Assembly: GCF_006345805.1 (NCBI RefSeq)
Contig: NC_043023.1
Span: 10,850,001-10,914,000, forward strand
Reading direction: 5' to 3'
DNA: 64,000 nt
Source of the DNA: Octopus sinensis
Taxonomy: Eukaryota
Position numbers and translations under genes: made by a program. Position 1 is the first letter of the stretch; each line of letters starts with the position of its first letter. The notes below the pieces were generated by a model that saw only the letters and a program-made list of their open reading frames with translations, was not told the DNA's origin and searched no databases. Shown here piece after piece: positions 60,751 to 64,000 of this stretch.

Positions 60751-63700
60751 ACACACACACACACATACACACAGTGGGACTGAACCCGAAACCTATTCCT
60801 TTACTACCCACAAGGGGCTAAACACAGAGAGGACAAACAAGGACAGACAAACTGATTAAGTCGATTATATCGACCCCAATGCATAACTGGTACTTAATTT
60901 ATCGACCTCGAAAGGATGAAAGGCAAAGTCGACCTCGGTGGGATTTGAACTCAGAACGTAACGGCAGACGAAATACGGCTACGCTTTCATCCGGCGTGCT
61001 AACGATTCTGCCAGCTCACCACCCGAAACCATGTAGCTAGGAAGCAAGCTCCCTAACTACACAGCCATGCCCATTGTGGAAAATTTCATATGAACTGGGG
61101 TGAACAGCTGTATTTCTCTACTTTACTCTCTGGATTGTGTGCAAGATGGATTTGTGCATCAAATAAATTCAAGGAAGTTTACAAAGGAGTTTTGCAGTTT
61201 TTCAGATATCAGTGACGATCGCTGTTGATGGAATATATAACGGAGGGAAATATTTGTAATTGATATACTATCAGAGCAACACGAGAAAGCTATGTGTATA
61301 CTGAGATGAGAGAAGAAAGACTGCGGAAAATTAATTAATTTTCACTACACCTGATTTTCTCCCCTCCATACACACGCAAGACTGTATCTGACTCATACAT
61401 TGTTCGCTTTCCAGACATTTGTACATTACTGCATATACTTTATACGCACTTTTGACAAGTTGTGTTGAACCTGAGCACTGTATACAATAATTTAATTATT
61501 ATTATTATACACACACACATATATACATCTGCAATCATATATGCTTTATAAGCACTTTTGACAAGTTCTGTTGCACCTGAGCACTGTATACAATAATTTT
61601 ATTATTATTATTATACACACACACACACATATATACATCTGCATTCACATATGCTTTATACGCACTTTTGACAAGTTGTGTTGCACCTGAGCACTGTATA
61701 CAATAATTTCATTATTATCATTATACACACACCACATATATACATCTGCAATCATATATGCTTTATACGCACTTTTGACAAGTTCTGTTGCACCTGAGCA
61801 CTGTATACAATAATTTTATTATTATTATTATACACACACACACACATATATACATCTGCATTCACATATGCTTTATACGCACTTTTGACAAGTTCTGTTG
61901 CACCTGAGTTCTGTATACAATAATTTCATTATTATCATTATACACACACACACATATATACATCTGCAATCATATATGCTTTATACGCACTTTTGACAAG
62001 TTCTGTTGCACCTGAGCACTGTTTGCAATAATTTAATTATTATTATTATACACAGACACACACACATATATATACATCTGCAATCATATATGCTTTATAC
62101 GCACTTTTGACAAGTTCTGTTGCACCTGAGCACTGTTTGCAATAATTTAATTATTATTATTATACACAGACACACACACACATATATACATCTGCAATCA
62201 TATATGCTTTATACGCACTTTTGACAAGTTGTGTTGCACCTGAGTACTGTATACAATAATTTAATTATTATCATTATACACACACACACACACACATATA
62301 TACATCTGCAATCATATATGCTTTATACGCACTTTTGACAAGTTGTGTTGCACCTGAGTACTGTATACAATAATTTAATTATTATCATTATACACACACA
62401 CACACATATATACATCTGCATCATATATGCTTTATACGAACTTTTGACAAGTTGTGTTGCACCTGAGTACTGTATACAATAATTTAATTATTATCATTAT
62501 ACACACACACACCACACATACACACAGTGGGACTGAACCCGAAACCTATTCCTTTACTACCCACAAGGGGCTAAACACAGAGAGGACAAACAAGGACAGA
62601 CAAACTGATTAAGTCGATTATATCGACCCCAATGCATAACTGGTACTTAATTTATCGACCTCGAAAGGATGAAAGGCAAAGTCGACCTCGGTGGGATTTG
62701 AACTCAGAACGTAACGGCAGACGAAATACGGCTACGCTTTCATCCGGCGTGCTAACGATTCTGCCAGCTCACCACCCGAAACCATGTAGCTAGGAAGCAA
62801 GCTCCCTAACTACACAGCCATGCCCATTGTGGAAAATTTCATATGAACTGGGGTGAACAGCTGTATTTCTCTACTTTACTCTCTGGATTGTGTGCAAGAT
62901 GGATTTGTGCATCAAATAAATTCAAGGAAGTTTACAAAGGAGTTTTGCAGTTTTTCAGATATCAGTGACGATCGCTGTTGATGGAATATATAACGGAGGG
63001 AAATATTTGTAATTGATATACTATCAGAGCAAACACGAGAAAGCTATGTGTATACTGAGATGAGAGAAGAAAGACTGCGGAAAATTAATTAATTTTCACT
63101 ACACCTGATTTTCTCCCCTCCATACACACGCAAGACTGTATCTGACTCATACATTGTTCGCTTTCCAGACATTTGTACATTACTGCATATACTTTATACG
63201 CACTTTTGACAAGTTGTGTTGAACCTGAGCACTGTATACAATAATTTAATTATTATTATTATACACACACACATATACATCTGCAATCATATATGCTTAT
63301 AAGCACTTTTGACAAGTTCTGTTGCACCTGAGCACTGTATACAATAATTTTATTATTATTATTATACACACACACACATATATACATCTGCATTCACATA
63401 TGCTTTATACGCACTTTTGACAAGTTGTGTTGCACCTGAGCACTGTATACAATAATTTCATTATTATCATTATACACACACACACATATATACATCTGCA
63501 ATCATATATGCTTTATACGCACTTTTGACAAGTTCTGTTGCACCTGAGCACTGTATACAATAATTTTATTATTATTATTATACACACACACACACACATA
63601 TATACATCTGCATTCACATATGCTTTATACGCACTTTTGACAAGTTCTGTTGCACCTGAGTTCTGTATACAATAATTTCATTATTATCATTATACACACA

Positions 63701-64000
63701 CACACATATATACATCTGCAATCATATATGCTTTATACGCACTTTTGACAAGTTCTGTTGCACCTGAGCACTGTTTGCAATAATTTAATTATTATTATTA
63801 TACACAGACACACACACATATATATACATCTGCAATCATATATGCTTATACGCACTTTTGACAAGTTCTGTTGCACCTGAGCACTGTTTGCAATAATTTA
63901 ATTATTATTATTATACACAGACACACCACACATATATACATCTGCAATCATATATGCTTTATACGCACTTTTGACAAGTTGTGTTGCACCTGAGTACTGT
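60750..64000. repeat. ~1.75-kb tandem duplication, second copy running off the window edge
   Basis: CCATTGTGGAAAATTTC at 61071 and 62824 (offset 1753). Confidence 0.9.
61430..62520 (+). repeat. ~110-bp minisatellite derived from the CR1 3' terminus (second block 63180-64000)
   Basis: The unit ...GCTTTATACGCACTTTTGACAAGTTGTGTTGCACCTGAGCACTGTATACAATAATTT(ATT)n(AC)n matches the reverse complement of 56550-56630. The array is preceded by a longer CR1 UTR piece at 61338-61500. Confidence 0.9.

Overview
AT-rich, repeat-dense animal genomic DNA, most consistent with an octopus or other coleoid cephalopod. This is inferred from long single-exon CDICGKSFS...HTGEKPYH zinc-finger arrays and the SINE and microsatellite make-up; no database was consulted. 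Protein-coding content: (i) the 3' end of a C2H2 zinc-finger gene (+, runs off the left edge); (ii) a four-exon, about 750-aa chondroitin sulfate synthase (CHSY1/3-like) gene (+, about 26.4-36.5 kb) with phase-consistent splice sites; (iii) an 18-finger C2H2 gene (-, 47.6-49.2 kb) and a SINE-disrupted, finger-shuffled paralog (41.9-42.8 kb). The rest is tRNA-derived SINEs, RTE, R4/Dong, CR1 and Gypsy fragments, non-autonomous Helitrons, TTAA (piggyBac-like) and pogo MITEs, satellites and kb-scale tandem duplications. Most short ORFs in the track are microsatellite or SINE artefacts. The main unexpected signal is a set of hammerhead-ribozyme (HHR) folds in short repeats. Two are canonical type I HHRs on the + strand (27541-27601 in CHSY intron 1; 39302-39387 downstream of CHSY). 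A third motif, in three copies (4206-4256, 4507-4557, 6016-6066), has complete type I topology, but the C3:G8 core pair is swapped to G3:C8. Two LINE 3' ends (RTE and CR1) have independently been amplified into minisatellites. Folds were read by eye, and repeat boundaries are approximate unless termini are quoted.
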